Origin: an uncultured Actinomycetota bacterium
Lineage (GTDB): Bacteria > Actinomycetota > Actinomycetes > Propionibacteriales > Nocardioidaceae
Assembly: GCA_963800305.1 (NCBI GenBank)
Contig: CAWDAO010000007.1
Location: 28,683-92,682, forward strand
Reading direction: 5' to 3'
Length of the DNA stretch: 64,000 nucleotides
Shown here: one piece after another, positions 30,012-39,441 of the stretch
Position numbering within the stretch: position 1 is the first letter of the stretch
How the letters are laid out: every line of letters begins with the position of its first letter
The notes under the pieces: model-generated
What the model saw: only the letters and a program-made list of their open reading frames with translations
Told to the model about the DNA's origin: nothing
Databases searched by the model: none
Translations under genes and position numbers: made by a program

Positions 30012-31297
30012 GACTGCTCTCCGTTCCTCTCGTCCAGGTCAGGCAGGTGGTGCCCCATCCGGTCTCGCTTGGCCAACAGGTAGGCCAGGTTGTGGTCGTT
30101 GGCGTGGGGGGTTAGTGGTACCCGCTCGGCCACGGCGACCCCGAAGTCCTCCAGGTTGGAGACCTTGTCCGGGTTGTTGGTCATCAGCCGGACGCTCTCG
30201 ACTTTGAGGTCGCGCAGGATCTGGGTAGCGGTGCCATAGTGCCGCGCGTCGGCGGGCAGACCCAGGTCGAGGTTGGCGTCCACGGTGTCCCGGCCACCGT
30301 CCTGGAGCTGGTAGGCCTGCAGCTTCGCGACCAGGCCGATGCCCCGGCCCTCGTGGCCGCGCAGGTAGACCACCACGCCGCGCCCCTCGGCCACGATCCG
30401 GGCGAGCGCCTCGTCGAGCTGCGGCCCGCAGTCGCACCGGTGGCTGCCGAAGACATCTCCGGTCAGGCACTCCGAGTGGACCCGGGTGAGCACCGGCTCG
30501 ATCCCCCATCCGTCGACGGCCCCGTCGCCGTGGACCAGCGCGATGTGCTCGGAGCCATCGACGGTGATCCGGTAGCCATAGGCGGTGAAGTCCCCGTGCC
30601 GGGTGGGCAACCGGGTCTCGGCGACCCGGTCCACAAGGTTCTCGTGCCGGCGCCGGTAGCGCACCAGGTCCTCGATGGAGATCATCGCGAGATCGTGCTC
30701 GTCGGCGAAGGCGCGCAGCTCGGGAGCCCGCTTCATCGTGCCGTCGTCGTTGACCACCTCGACCAGGACTCCGGCGGGAGTCAGTCCGGCCAGGGTGGCC
30801 AGGTCGACCGCGGCCTCGGTGTGACCGCGGCGCACCAGGACCCCGCCCTCGCGGTAGCGCAGTGGGAAGACATGGCCGGGCCGGGTGATCTCCCAAGGCT
30901 CGGTGGCGGAGTCGGCCAGGACCCGCACGGTGTGGGCCCGGTCGGCCGCGGAGATGCCGGTGGAGACCCCGTCGCGGGCGTCGACGGAGATCGTGTACGC
31001 CGTGCGCAGCTTGTCCTTGTTGTGCGGGGTCATCAGCGGGATCTCGAGCCGGTCGAGCATCCGGGCGGGCATCGGCACGCAGATCACCCCGCTGGAGTAA
31101 CGGATGGTGAAGGCCATCAGCTCCGGGGTGGCCTTGCTGGCCGCGAAGATGATGTCGCCCTCGTTCTCCCGGTCCTGGTCGTCCACGACGACCACGGCCT
31201 TGCCGGCGGCGATGTCGGCGATGGCCCGCTCGACCTCGTCCAGGCGCACGCCTGGATGCTGCACGGGTCGTCCGGGCTCGGCTTGGTGCTCGGTCAT
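30008..31297 (-). CDS. ribBA: Bifunctional DHBP synthase/GTP cyclohydrolase II
   Basis: [41 protein letters not shown]. Confidence 0.96.
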   Translation of the reverse strand: MTEHQAEPGRPVQHPGVRLDEVERAIADIAAGKAVVVVDDQDRENEGDIIFAASKATPELMAFTIRYSSGVICVPMPARMLDRLEIPLMTPHNKDKLRTAYTISVDARDGVSTGISAADRAHTVRVLADSATEPWEITRPGHVFPLRYREGGVLVRRGHTEAAVDLATLAGLTPAGVLVEVVNDDGTMKRAPELRAFADEHDLAMISIEDLVRYRRRHENLVDRVAETRLPTRHGDFTAYGYRITVDGSEHIALVHGDGAVDGWGIEPVLTRVHSECLTGDVFGSHRCDCGPQLDEALARIVAEGRGVVVYLRGHEGRGIGLVAKLQAYQLQDGGRDTVDANLDLGLPADARHYGTATQILRDLKVESVRLMTNNPDKVSNLEDFGVAVAERVPLTPHANDHNLAYLLAKRDRMGHHLPDLDERNGEQS

Positions 31298-31920
31298 GAC
31301 TGCCCCTCGGCGTAGACGCGGACCAGCTTCTCCACGTGTTTGGCGATGATGTCGACCTCGAGGTTGACCCGGTCACCGGTCTCGCGCAGACCGAGCGTCG
31401 TCCGGGCCAGGGTCTCGGGGATCAGGCTCACCGTGAACGACTCGTCCCGGACCTCGACCACGGTGAGGCTCACCCCGTCGACGGTGATCGACCCCTTCTC
31501 CACCACATATCGTCCGAGTCCTGGCGGGAGGGAGATCTCGACCAGCTCCCAGTGCTCGCTGGGGACCCGGGAGAGGATCCGGGCGGCGTCGTCGACGTGG
31601 CCCTGGACGATGTGACCGCCCAACCGCTTCTCCGCGGTGACGGCGCGCTCCAGATTGACCTTCGCCCCGACGTCCACTCCGCGCAGACTGGTCCGGTCCA
31701 GGGTCTCGGCCATGACGTCGGCGGTCCAGGCGCGGGGTGGGCCGTCGGGCTGCTCGGGGCTGGTCGAGACCACGGTGAGACAGCAGCCGTTGACGGCGAT
31801 CGAGTCCCCGAGGCCGACGTCGCTCAGGACGGTGCTGGCCTCGATCGTGAGCCGTACGGCGTCCCCCTGGTCCTCCAGAGAGGCGACGGTGCCGAGCTCC
31901 TCGACGATTCCGGTGAACAT
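31294..31920 (-). CDS. ribE: Riboflavin synthase
   Basis: [43 protein letters not shown]. Confidence 0.96.
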   Translation of the reverse strand: MFTGIVEELGTVASLEDQGDAVRLTIEASTVLSDVGLGDSIAVNGCCLTVVSTSPEQPDGPPRAWTADVMAETLDRTSLRGVDVGAKVNLERAVTAEKRLGGHIVQGHVDDAARILSRVPSEHWELVEISLPPGLGRYVVEKGSITVDGVSLTVVEVRDESFTVSLIPETLARTTLGLRETGDRVNLEVDIIAKHVEKLVRVYAEGQS

Positions 31921-31922
31921 GG

Positions 31923-32981
31923 TCAGGAGGCCCCTCGGGTCGGCGTCATGGTCAGGCGGAGGTTGGGAGGCTCGCCCTCGAGCCCCTCGAGCACACGCAC
32001 GTCGGTCACGGCGGGACGAAGGGCCTCGGTGAGCGTGGTCACCCCGAGGTCGGCCACGGCAGCCGCTCCGGCGCCGAGCAGCATGGGGGCCACGTAGGCG
32101 ACGATCTCGTCGACCAGCCCGGCGCGCAGGAACGCCGCGGCCAGGGTGGGCCCGCCCTCGAGGAAGACGTGCTGTCGGTCGCGGTCGTGCAGCTCGCGCA
32201 ACGCCGCGGCGGGATCGCGGGTGCGCAGGTGCAGGGTCTCGACGCCGCCGGCGAGGGCGGGGTCGAAGATCCGGGCCGCGGGGTCCAGGTCGCGCTCCCC
32301 CATCACCGCCCGGAGAGGCTGCTCGGCGACCGGCCGGTCGGTCTCGTCGCGCACGGTCAGGGCCGGATCGTCGACGGCCACGGTGTTGGCGCCGACCAGC
32401 ATCGTGTCGGCCAGCCCCCGCAACCGGTGGGTGTCCCGGCGGGCGGCTCGGCTGCTGATCCAGCGCGAGGTGCCGTCGGGGGCGGCGCTGCGCCCGTCCA
32501 GGCTGGCGGCGAACTTCCAGGTCACGAAGGGGCGGCCGTGGTCGACGGCGAAGGTCCACATCCGGTTCAGGGCCCGGGCCTGCTCGACCAGGACGCCGGT
32601 CACGACCTCGAGGCCGGCGGCTCGCAGAGCGTCGGCCCCGCCAGCGGCGACCGGGTTGGGATCGCTCTGGGCGATCACCACTCGACGTACGCCGGCCTCG
32701 ATCAACGCCTGGGCACACGGTCCCGTGCGTCCGGTGTGGCGGCACGGCTCGAGGGTGACCACCGCGGTGGCTCCCTGGGCCCGCGCGCCAGCGCGGCGCA
32801 GGGCGTCGACCTCCGCGTGATCGGTGCCGGCACCGCGGTGGAAGCCCTCGCCGATCACCGTTCCCGCCGGATCGAGGATGACGCATCCGACTCGCGGATT
32901 GGGTCCCAGCGGCACGCCCGTCGTCGCGGCCAACTCCAGGGCACGCGCCATCGTGCGGGCCTCGTGGGTGGAGTGGTTCAT
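31923..32981 (-). CDS. ribD: Riboflavin biosynthesis deaminase/reductase
   Basis: NPRVGCV, HAE, TLEPCRHTGRTGPC, SLDG, EGGPTL. Confidence 0.95.
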   Translation of the reverse strand: MNHSTHEARTMARALELAATTGVPLGPNPRVGCVILDPAGTVIGEGFHRGAGTDHAEVDALRRAGARAQGATAVVTLEPCRHTGRTGPCAQALIEAGVRRVVIAQSDPNPVAAGGADALRAAGLEVVTGVLVEQARALNRMWTFAVDHGRPFVTWKFAASLDGRSAAPDGTSRWISSRAARRDTHRLRGLADTMLVGANTVAVDDPALTVRDETDRPVAEQPLRAVMGERDLDPAARIFDPALAGGVETLHLRTRDPAAALRELHDRDRQHVFLEGGPTLAAAFLRAGLVDEIVAYVAPMLLGAGAAAVADLGVTTLTEALRPAVTDVRVLEGLEGEPPNLRLTMTPTRGAS

Positions 32982-33070
32982 GGGGTGCGGCCTCTGGCTG
33001 TCCGTGGGTGTCCTCGCGGAGTCCGGGGCCGACCTCGGCGCTCGACGCTCATGCGTGCGTCGTATCGCCT

Positions 33071-33196
33071 GCGTGCGCTTCCCATCCGGACTCTCACCGT
33101 CGGTCCAGGAGTTCCACCTGATCAACCGTTCGCTGGCTGCGACCGGGTCGCGGACTGTCACCGCCGGCTCGGAATTGCACCGACCCCAGAGCACGC
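33071..33196 (-). promoter_or_regulatory. FMN riboswitch
   Basis: Minus strand GGGGTCGGTGCAATTCCGAGCCGGCGGTGACAGTCCGCGA...GATCAGGTGGAACTCCTGGACCGACGGTGAGAGTCCGGATGGGAAG, upstream of ribD. Confidence 0.96.
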
Positions 33197-33275
33197 GAGC
33201 TGCTAGCTCGTCATCGAGAGTCTGCCACAGCCGCGGGTGCCCTCCGCCCACGAGTCCCACCCGTAGGGTTGGACG

Positions 33276-33599
33276 GTGAGCCCGCGACGTCCCGCACGCG
33301 ACATCGAGAGCGTGAACCGGGTCCTCGCCATGCTGGGTTGGCTCCTTGTGGGTGTGGCCGTTCTGGTGCTGGCGTACGGCGGTTGGCGGGTCTTCGAGGA
33401 GTTCGGCCTCGAGCAGACCGGTCGTCCGGCGTACCGCGCGGTGGTGACCCTCGTCCTCATCGCGGTGTTCGCCGGAACGGGGTTCGGCTGCCTGCGGCTC
33501 TCGCGCGACAACGGCTCGGGGACGTGGTGCGAGCAGTGCCTGGCCCGCAATCCGGCCGATGCCGAGGTGTGCGAAACCTGTGGCGCCGACCTGTCCTAG
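33276..33599 (+). CDS. Small membrane protein with C-terminal zinc ribbon
   Basis: Two TM helices, then CEQC...CETCG; TAGGGT 6 nt before the GTG. Confidence 0.75.
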   Translation: MSPRRPARDIESVNRVLAMLGWLLVGVAVLVLAYGGWRVFEEFGLEQTGRPAYRAVVTLVLIAVFAGTGFGCLRLSRDNGSGTWCEQCLARNPADAEVCETCGADLS

Positions 33600-33651
33600 C
33601 CGGTCTGAGCCCAGCCAGCGGTCCCCTGGACCCTGAGGGCCTCAGTTCTCC

Positions 33652-33692
33652 CCCAGATGGTCGCCTATCGATCACCGAAGCGACCATCTGGG
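33652..33692. terminator. Hairpin between convergent genes (bidirectional terminator or REP-like element)
   Basis: cccagatggtcgc-N15-gcgaccatctggg, perfect 13-bp stem. Confidence 0.6.
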
Positions 33693-33756
33693 AGGGGATG
33701 AGTGCTACCCACGATCCACGAACCTCATCCGGTGGCCCCGCTCGTCGTCAACGAGC

Positions 33757-34134
33757 TCAATACGGAGGCTCAAGACCTGCGAACATCGGGAAATGGCGCA
33801 CATTGCGGGTGAGCAGACGAGCTCCGAGCTGTGCCGCGGTCGCGGCGATGGCCAGGTCAGCGGCGTCGATGGTGTGATGGCTCCGCAGCCACTCCCGGCC
33901 CAACACGCCGGCCCCCTCCGCCACCTGCTCATCCACCGGATGCCACACGAGGGTAGAGAGCAGGGAGCGAGTGGGGCGCTCCTCGGTCGGACGCATTCCG
34001 GCCAGCACCTCGAGCCGGGTGATCTCGCTGGCCTGCAGCGGCGCCGCGACCCGCTCACGCTCGAGCACCGCGGCCGCACCCTGGTGGCCCCGCAGGTAGT
34101 CGATGAGCACCGAGGTGTCCACCAGCGCGGTCAC
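33757..34134 (-). CDS. vapC: VapC-family PIN-domain toxin
   Basis: ALVDTSVLIDYLR...ITRLEV...DLAIAATA...LLTRNVRHF. Confidence 0.92.
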   Translation of the reverse strand: MTALVDTSVLIDYLRGHQGAAAVLERERVAAPLQASEITRLEVLAGMRPTEERPTRSLLSTLVWHPVDEQVAEGAGVLGREWLRSHHTIDAADLAIAATAAQLGARLLTRNVRHFPMFAGLEPPY

Positions 34135-34385
34135 GACGTGGCGGCCGAGCGTGACCCGGAACGCAGCCGATCCACCCACTCGGCGCCGTCGAGGTCGTGC
34201 TCGCCCCAAGCGCCGAACGACTCCCGCATCACCGCGAGGTCGTCCTCACTGGACCTCTCCGTGCCATACATCATCTGCACCGCCTCGCGAATCAGTGCGG
34301 CGATCGAGCGTCCCGTCCGCTTCGCTTCAGCATCGAGCGCTCGTCGCTCGCTCGCGGTCAAGGATATCTGGGTTCGCTGCATCAT
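34131..34385 (-). CDS. vapB: VapB-type ribbon-helix-helix antitoxin
   Basis: MQRTQISL...GRSIAALIREAV; GTGA overlap with vapC. Confidence 0.85.
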   Translation of the reverse strand: MMQRTQISLTASERRALDAEAKRTGRSIAALIREAVQMMYGTERSSEDDLAVMRESFGAWGEHDLDGAEWVDRLRSGSRSAATS

Positions 34386-34399
34386 GATGTAAGAATACA

Positions 34400-35083
34400 T
34401 CACTTCCGATTCGTTCGCGTCGGACCGGCAGCCTGCTCAGCGGCGGCCCGCAGCCCCTGCACCATCGCGTCGGGGTCCTCGGCGGTGTAGACGGCGCTCC
34501 CCGCCACGAAGACGTCGGCGCCGGCCTCGGCGCACCGCTCGATGGTCTCCAGCGAGATGCCGCCGTCGACCTGGAGCCAGCACTCCAGGCCGTGCCGGTC
34601 CATCATGGCCCGCGCCGTCCGGATCTTGGGCAGACACAGGTCGAGGAACTTCTGCCCGCCGAACCCGGGCTCAACGGTCATGATCAGGAGCGTGTCGAGC
34701 TCGGCGAGCAGCTCCTCGTAGGGCTCGACCGGGGTGGCGGGCTTGAGGGCCATGCTCGCCCGGGCACCGGCCCGGCGGATCTCCCGGGCCAGCCGGACGG
34801 GGGCCTGGGCCGCTTCGACGTGGAAGGTCACCGAGCCGCAGCCGGCCTCGACGTACTCCAGGGCGTGGCGGTCGGCGTCGGTGATCATCAGGTGGGCGTC
34901 CAACGGCAGGTCGGTGGTGCGGCTGAGCGCCTCGACCATCGTGGGCCCGAAGGTCAGGTTGGGCACGAAGTGGTTGTCCATCACGTCGACGTGCACCCAG
35001 TCGGCGCCGGGGATCCGTCCCACCTCGGCCCCGAGCGCGGCGAAGTCGGCGGAGAGGATGCTCGGCGTGATCTGGATACCCAT
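34400..35083 (-). CDS. rpe: Ribulose-phosphate 3-epimerase
   Basis: [36 protein letters not shown]. Confidence 0.96.
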   Translation of the reverse strand: MGIQITPSILSADFAALGAEVGRIPGADWVHVDVMDNHFVPNLTFGPTMVEALSRTTDLPLDAHLMITDADRHALEYVEAGCGSVTFHVEAAQAPVRLAREIRRAGARASMALKPATPVEPYEELLAELDTLLIMTVEPGFGGQKFLDLCLPKIRTARAMMDRHGLECWLQVDGGISLETIERCAEAGADVFVAGSAVYTAEDPDAMVQGLRAAAEQAAGPTRTNRK

Positions 35084-35101
35084 GCCTCGAGCGTAGTGAC
35101 C

Positions 35102-35530
35102 TCAGCCGCCCGGCTCCTCCCGCACCAGCTCGACCTCCAGCTCGGACATCTCGCTGCCCAGGGTCTGCAGCGAGCGGACCAGGATCCGGGCCAGCCCCGG
35201 CGCCCTGCTCAGCTGCACCTGCCGTTGGTAGGTCGGGAACTCCGGGGACCAGGGGCGCTCCCAGCCCAGACGTTCGAGCTCGCCCTCGGTCTCCTCGCTC
35301 ATCGCCCAGACGCCGCCGAATGACTTCGAGCCCACGCACTCACCGATCAGAAAGTCCCGGGCCGCGGTGACCTGGACGAAGCGACGGGGCCCGGCGACGG
35401 GTCGCTTCGCCCCGAACAGCCCGCTGCGGACCAGCGGCCGCCGGTCCCCGATGATCAGGGAGTCGTCCAAATCCAGGCCGATCATCGCGCCGGTCAACCG
35501 GCGGGTGAGGTCATCCCAGGTGCCGTTCAC
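35102..35530 (-). CDS. Hypothetical protein, possibly TY-Chap (T3SS/YbjN-like chaperone) domain
   Basis: WDDLTRRL...RFVQ...GECVG...LERLGW; GTGA overlap with the upstream gene. Confidence 0.5.
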   Translation of the reverse strand: MNGTWDDLTRRLTGAMIGLDLDDSLIIGDRRPLVRSGLFGAKRPVAGPRRFVQVTAARDFLIGECVGSKSFGGVWAMSEETEGELERLGWERPWSPEFPTYQRQVQLSRAPGLARILVRSLQTLGSEMSELEVELVREEPGG

Positions 35531-36462
35531 GGCTGCGCTCCCTCGTCCCGATCGGCCCACCCCGACAGCGGGGCGAGGTCGAAGGACTCGGCGTCGATCC
35601 CGCCGTGCAGATCACCGAGCTCGGCGAAGCGAGCGGGCATGGTGAAGATCGTGAAGTCGCCGGGCTCGCAGTCGTCGATCTCCTCCCAGCGCACCGGGGC
35701 CGACACCCGCGCCGCGGGCACTCCCCGCACCGAGTAGGCCGCCGCGATGGTGTGGTCGCGGGCGTTCTGGTTGTAGTCCAGGAAGAGATGGTGGGGGTCC
35801 CGGTCCTTGCGCCACCAAGCCGTGGTGACGTCGTCGGGCGCACGCCGCTCGATCTCCCGGGCGAAGGCCAGGGCGGCCCGGCGTACCTCCTGGTGACCGT
35901 GGTCGGGACGGATCCGGACGTAGACGTGCAGCCCCGCTCCGCCGCTGGTCTTGGGGAACCCGACCATCCCCAGTTCGTCGAGGACCTCGTGCACGACGTG
36001 GGCCACTCGGCGCACCTGGGCGAAGTCGGAGAGCGGGCCGGGGTCGAGGTCGATGCGCCACTCATCGGGCTTCTCGGGGTCTTCACGGCGGCTGTTCCAC
36101 GGGTGGAACTCCACGGTGGACATCTGCACCGCCCAGATGACGCTGGCCAGCTCGGTCACGCAGAGCTCGTCGGCGGTGCGCTCCCATCGCGGGAAGTGCA
36201 ACCGGACGGTCTCGACCCACTCGGGAGCCCCGGCGGGCAGACGCTTCTGGTGGACCTTCTCCCCCGCCAGGCCCCTCGGGTAGCGGTGCAGCATGCACGG
36301 CCGCTCCCACAGCGCGGTCACGATGCCTTCCCCCACGGCCAGGTAGTACTCGACCAGGTCCAACTTGGTCGCCCCGCTGTCCGGGAAGTAGACCCGGTCG
36401 GGGTTGCTGATCCGCACCACCCGGTCGTCGACCTCGATCTCGACCGTCGGGGGCTCGGGCAT
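35527..36462 (-). CDS. Stand-alone LigD-type primase-polymerase domain protein
   Basis: SNPDRVYFP, TKLDLVEYY, RIDLDP, KTSGGAGLHVY, DYNQNAR..TIAAAYSVR. Confidence 0.9.
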   Translation of the reverse strand: MPEPPTVEIEVDDRVVRISNPDRVYFPDSGATKLDLVEYYLAVGEGIVTALWERPCMLHRYPRGLAGEKVHQKRLPAGAPEWVETVRLHFPRWERTADELCVTELASVIWAVQMSTVEFHPWNSRREDPEKPDEWRIDLDPGPLSDFAQVRRVAHVVHEVLDELGMVGFPKTSGGAGLHVYVRIRPDHGHQEVRRAALAFAREIERRAPDDVTTAWWRKDRDPHHLFLDYNQNARDHTIAAAYSVRGVPAARVSAPVRWEEIDDCEPGDFTIFTMPARFAELGDLHGGIDAESFDLAPLSGWADRDEGAQP

Positions 36463-36471
36463 GGTCTGGTC

Positions 36472-37887
36472 CTACTTCCTTCGCAGCAGCGCCAGGAACA
36501 TGGCGTCGGTCTGATGCCGGTGGGGCCACAGCTGGACGGTGCCCGGGATCGGCCCCTCGCAGTCCGGGACCTGCGCGAGCAGGGCGGTGGCGTCCTCCAC
36601 CTCGACGTCGGGATGGGCGTGCAGAATCGAGGTGATCACCTCGGCCGTCTCGGCGTGCACCGGTGAGCAGGTGGCGTAGAGCACCACTCCCCCGGGACGC
36701 ACGAGGCGCAGGGCCGACTCCACCAGCCGCCGCTGGAGGAGCACCAGCGCGACCAGGTCGTCGGGACGACGCCGCCAGCGCGCCTCCGGGCGGCGCCGCA
36801 AGGCGCCCAGACCCGTGCAGGGGGCGTCGACCAGCACCCGGTCGACCGAGTCCGGCGCCACCGGGGGCTGGGTGCCGTCCGCGGTCACCACCCCGGTCAC
36901 GCCACCGGAACCGGCCAACGTCCGGGCGACCAGCCGCGATCGGTGCGGCTGGCGCTCGACGGCCAGGACCGCGGCGCCCCGAGACGCCGCGAGACCCGCC
37001 AGCAGCGCGGTCTTGCCCCCCGGTCCGGCACACAGATCCACCCAGAGCCGGTCCGTGCCGGTCAGGGACGCCTGGGCCAGCACGGTGGCCACCAGCTGGG
37101 ACCCCTCGTCCTGCACCCCGGCCCGCCCCTCGGCCACGGCCGGGACCTGCGCGGGTGCCCCACCCTCGAGGACCACCCCGTAGGGCGAGTACGGCGTCGG
37201 CCGGCCGGGCAGCTCCTCTACGCTCGAGCGGCCCGGCCGAGCTACGAGGGTCACCCGGGGAGGCTCGTTGTCGGCGGCCAGCAGGTCGAAGAGGTCCTGG
37301 GCTCCCACCGCACGCTTCAGCTCGCTGATGATCCAGCGCGGATGGCTGTAGGCCACCTCGGCGTAGCGCAGCGGTGGAGTCGAGTCGATCGGCACCAGAT
37401 GCTCGATCCACCCCTCCAGATCCCGTTCGCCCACCTGGCGCAGTACCGCGTTGACGAACTTCCCGGCCGCCGCACTCCCCCGGACCTGCACCAGGTCCAC
37501 GCTGGTGCTGATCGCCGCATGGGCCGGCACGCGCATCGAGAGTAACTGGTGGACCCCCAGCCGGATCACGTCGACCACCTTCGCCTCGATCCGAGGCACC
37601 GGCCGGTCGCTGCACGCTGCGATCACCGCGTCGTAGGTGCCGCGCCGGCGCAGCGTGCCCGACGCCAGCTCGGTGGTGAAGGCGGCGTCCCGACGGTCCA
37701 ATCCGTAGTGCTTGATGACCGCCGGCAGGACCAGATTGGCGTAGGCCCCGTCGACGCGCACCGCCTTCAACACCTCGAGGGCGGCCAGGCGGGCCGGATC
37801 CACTGGCCGCCGCGGGGCGGGTCGGCTCGGACGTCGTGGGCGACCGGCCGGTCTCCTGGCCGGACCGGTGGCTCGGGGCGTGGTCAT
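36472..37887 (-). CDS. rsmB: RsmB/NOP-family RNA m5C methyltransferase
   Basis: NusB-like N-terminus, VQDEGSQ, DLCAGPGGK, DAPCTGLG, YATCS. Confidence 0.92.
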   Translation of the reverse strand: MTTPRATGPARRPAGRPRRPSRPAPRRPVDPARLAALEVLKAVRVDGAYANLVLPAVIKHYGLDRRDAAFTTELASGTLRRRGTYDAVIAACSDRPVPRIEAKVVDVIRLGVHQLLSMRVPAHAAISTSVDLVQVRGSAAAGKFVNAVLRQVGERDLEGWIEHLVPIDSTPPLRYAEVAYSHPRWIISELKRAVGAQDLFDLLAADNEPPRVTLVARPGRSSVEELPGRPTPYSPYGVVLEGGAPAQVPAVAEGRAGVQDEGSQLVATVLAQASLTGTDRLWVDLCAGPGGKTALLAGLAASRGAAVLAVERQPHRSRLVARTLAGSGGVTGVVTADGTQPPVAPDSVDRVLVDAPCTGLGALRRRPEARWRRRPDDLVALVLLQRRLVESALRLVRPGGVVLYATCSPVHAETAEVITSILHAHPDVEVEDATALLAQVPDCEGPIPGTVQLWPHRHQTDAMFLALLRRK

Positions 37888-37894
37888 GGTCGGC

Positions 37895-38836
37895 TCAAGG
37901 CGCCTCGGGAGGCGGGTCCCCGAAGACCGGGTCGTCGCTGAGGGCCGCACCTCGGGCCCAGTCGGCCGCCGGCATCTGCTTCTTGCCGAAGGCCTTGACC
38001 TGGCCCAGCCGGACCGCCCGGGTGCCCGTGCCGACCAGCACCTCCCGCTTGCCCACCTCGACCGCGCCCGGCTCCAGCACCCGCTCGGTCGGCACGACCG
38101 GCCCGATCTTGATCCGCTGCTGCTCGTACCAGGACCAGGCCCCTGGGGCCGGGGTGCAGGCCCGGATCTGACGGTCGATGGCCGCCGCGGGTGCCCGCCA
38201 GTCGATCAGCGCGTCCTCGACGGTGATCTTGGGCGCGAAGCTCACGCCCTCCGCGGGCTGCTCTCTGGCCTCGAGGGAGCCGTCCTCGATGCCGTCGAGG
38301 GTCGTCACCAGCAGTCCGGCTCCGCCTTCGGCCAGACGCCCCAACAGGTCTCCGGCGGTGTCGGTGGGTCCGATCGTCTGGGTCATCACCCCGAAGGTGG
38401 GCCCGGCGTCCATGGCCTTGACCAGCCGGAAGGTGGTGGCCCCGGTGACCTCGTCGCCGGCCCACACCGCGTGCTGCACCGGCGCGGCGCCGCGCCAGGC
38501 CGGCAGACAGGAGAAGTGCAGGTTGATCCATCCGTGCGGCACCAGGTCCAGGGCGCTCTGCGGGAGCAGGGCTCCGTAGGCGACCACGGGAACGCACTCG
38601 GGGACCAGCGCGGCCAGCTCGGCCTGGAACTCGGGGTCGCGGGGATGCTCGGGCTTGAGCACGCGGAGCCCGAGCTCCTCGGCCCGTTGGGCCACCGGGC
38701 TGGCCATCAGCCGTCGTCCTCGACCCGCCGCGGCATCCGGGCGGGTGACCACTCCGACCAGCTCGTGTCTGGACTCGGCCAGGGCATCGAGCGAGGGTAC
38801 GGCGAGCTCGGGGGTGCCGGCGAAGACGATCCGCAT
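37895..38836 (-). CDS. fmt: Methionyl-tRNA formyltransferase
   Basis: [29 protein letters not shown]. Confidence 0.95.
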   Translation of the reverse strand: MRIVFAGTPELAVPSLDALAESRHELVGVVTRPDAAAGRGRRLMASPVAQRAEELGLRVLKPEHPRDPEFQAELAALVPECVPVVAYGALLPQSALDLVPHGWINLHFSCLPAWRGAAPVQHAVWAGDEVTGATTFRLVKAMDAGPTFGVMTQTIGPTDTAGDLLGRLAEGGAGLLVTTLDGIEDGSLEAREQPAEGVSFAPKITVEDALIDWRAPAAAIDRQIRACTPAPGAWSWYEQQRIKIGPVVPTERVLEPGAVEVGKREVLVGTGTRAVRLGQVKAFGKKQMPAADWARGAALSDDPVFGDPPPEAP

Positions 38837-39381
38837 CAGAGCCCCAGCCCTCTGGTGGCGTGGGGGCTGAGCTTGACCGTCGGCTGCTCGAGGCCGAACC
38901 AGTCGGACTCGCGGATCTGGCGCATGGCGGCCTTGCGGGCCGCAGGGTCGAGCCGGTCGATGAACAACACCCCGTCGAGGTGGTCGGTCTCGTGCTGGAT
39001 GGCCCGGGCCAGCAGGTCCGACCCCTCGATGGTCACCGGCTCCCCGTGCATGTCGAAGCCGCGAGCGACCACCGAGAGCGCCCGTCGGCACTCGTAGGTC
39101 AGCTCGGGCAGGGACAGGCACCCCTCAAGCCCGTCCTGCTGCTCGGCCGAGAGCGTCAGCTGCGGGTTGATCAGATGTCCGGTCTGTCCCTCGACGTGCC
39201 ACACGAATGCGCGCAGTCCCACCCCGATCTGGGGGGCGGCCAGGCCCGCCCCGGGCGCCTCGAGCATGGTGTCGGTCAGGTCCCCGATCAGGGTCCGCAG
39301 CTCCTTGTCGAAGGTGACCACCTCGAGGGCCGGCTTGCGCAGGATCGGGTCACCGAAGAGCCGGATCGGCTGGAGGGCCAC
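38836..39381 (-). CDS. def: Peptide deformylase
   Basis: [24 protein letters not shown]. Confidence 0.96.
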   Translation of the reverse strand: MALQPIRLFGDPILRKPALEVVTFDKELRTLIGDLTDTMLEAPGAGLAAPQIGVGLRAFVWHVEGQTGHLINPQLTLSAEQQDGLEGCLSLPELTYECRRALSVVARGFDMHGEPVTIEGSDLLARAIQHETDHLDGVLFIDRLDPAARKAAMRQIRESDWFGLEQPTVKLSPHATRGLGL

Positions 39382-39441
39382 AGAACTCCTAGAGGACGGG
39401 GTGCGGTCCCGGGAGAGTGTAGTGAGTCCGGCTCGCGGGAG

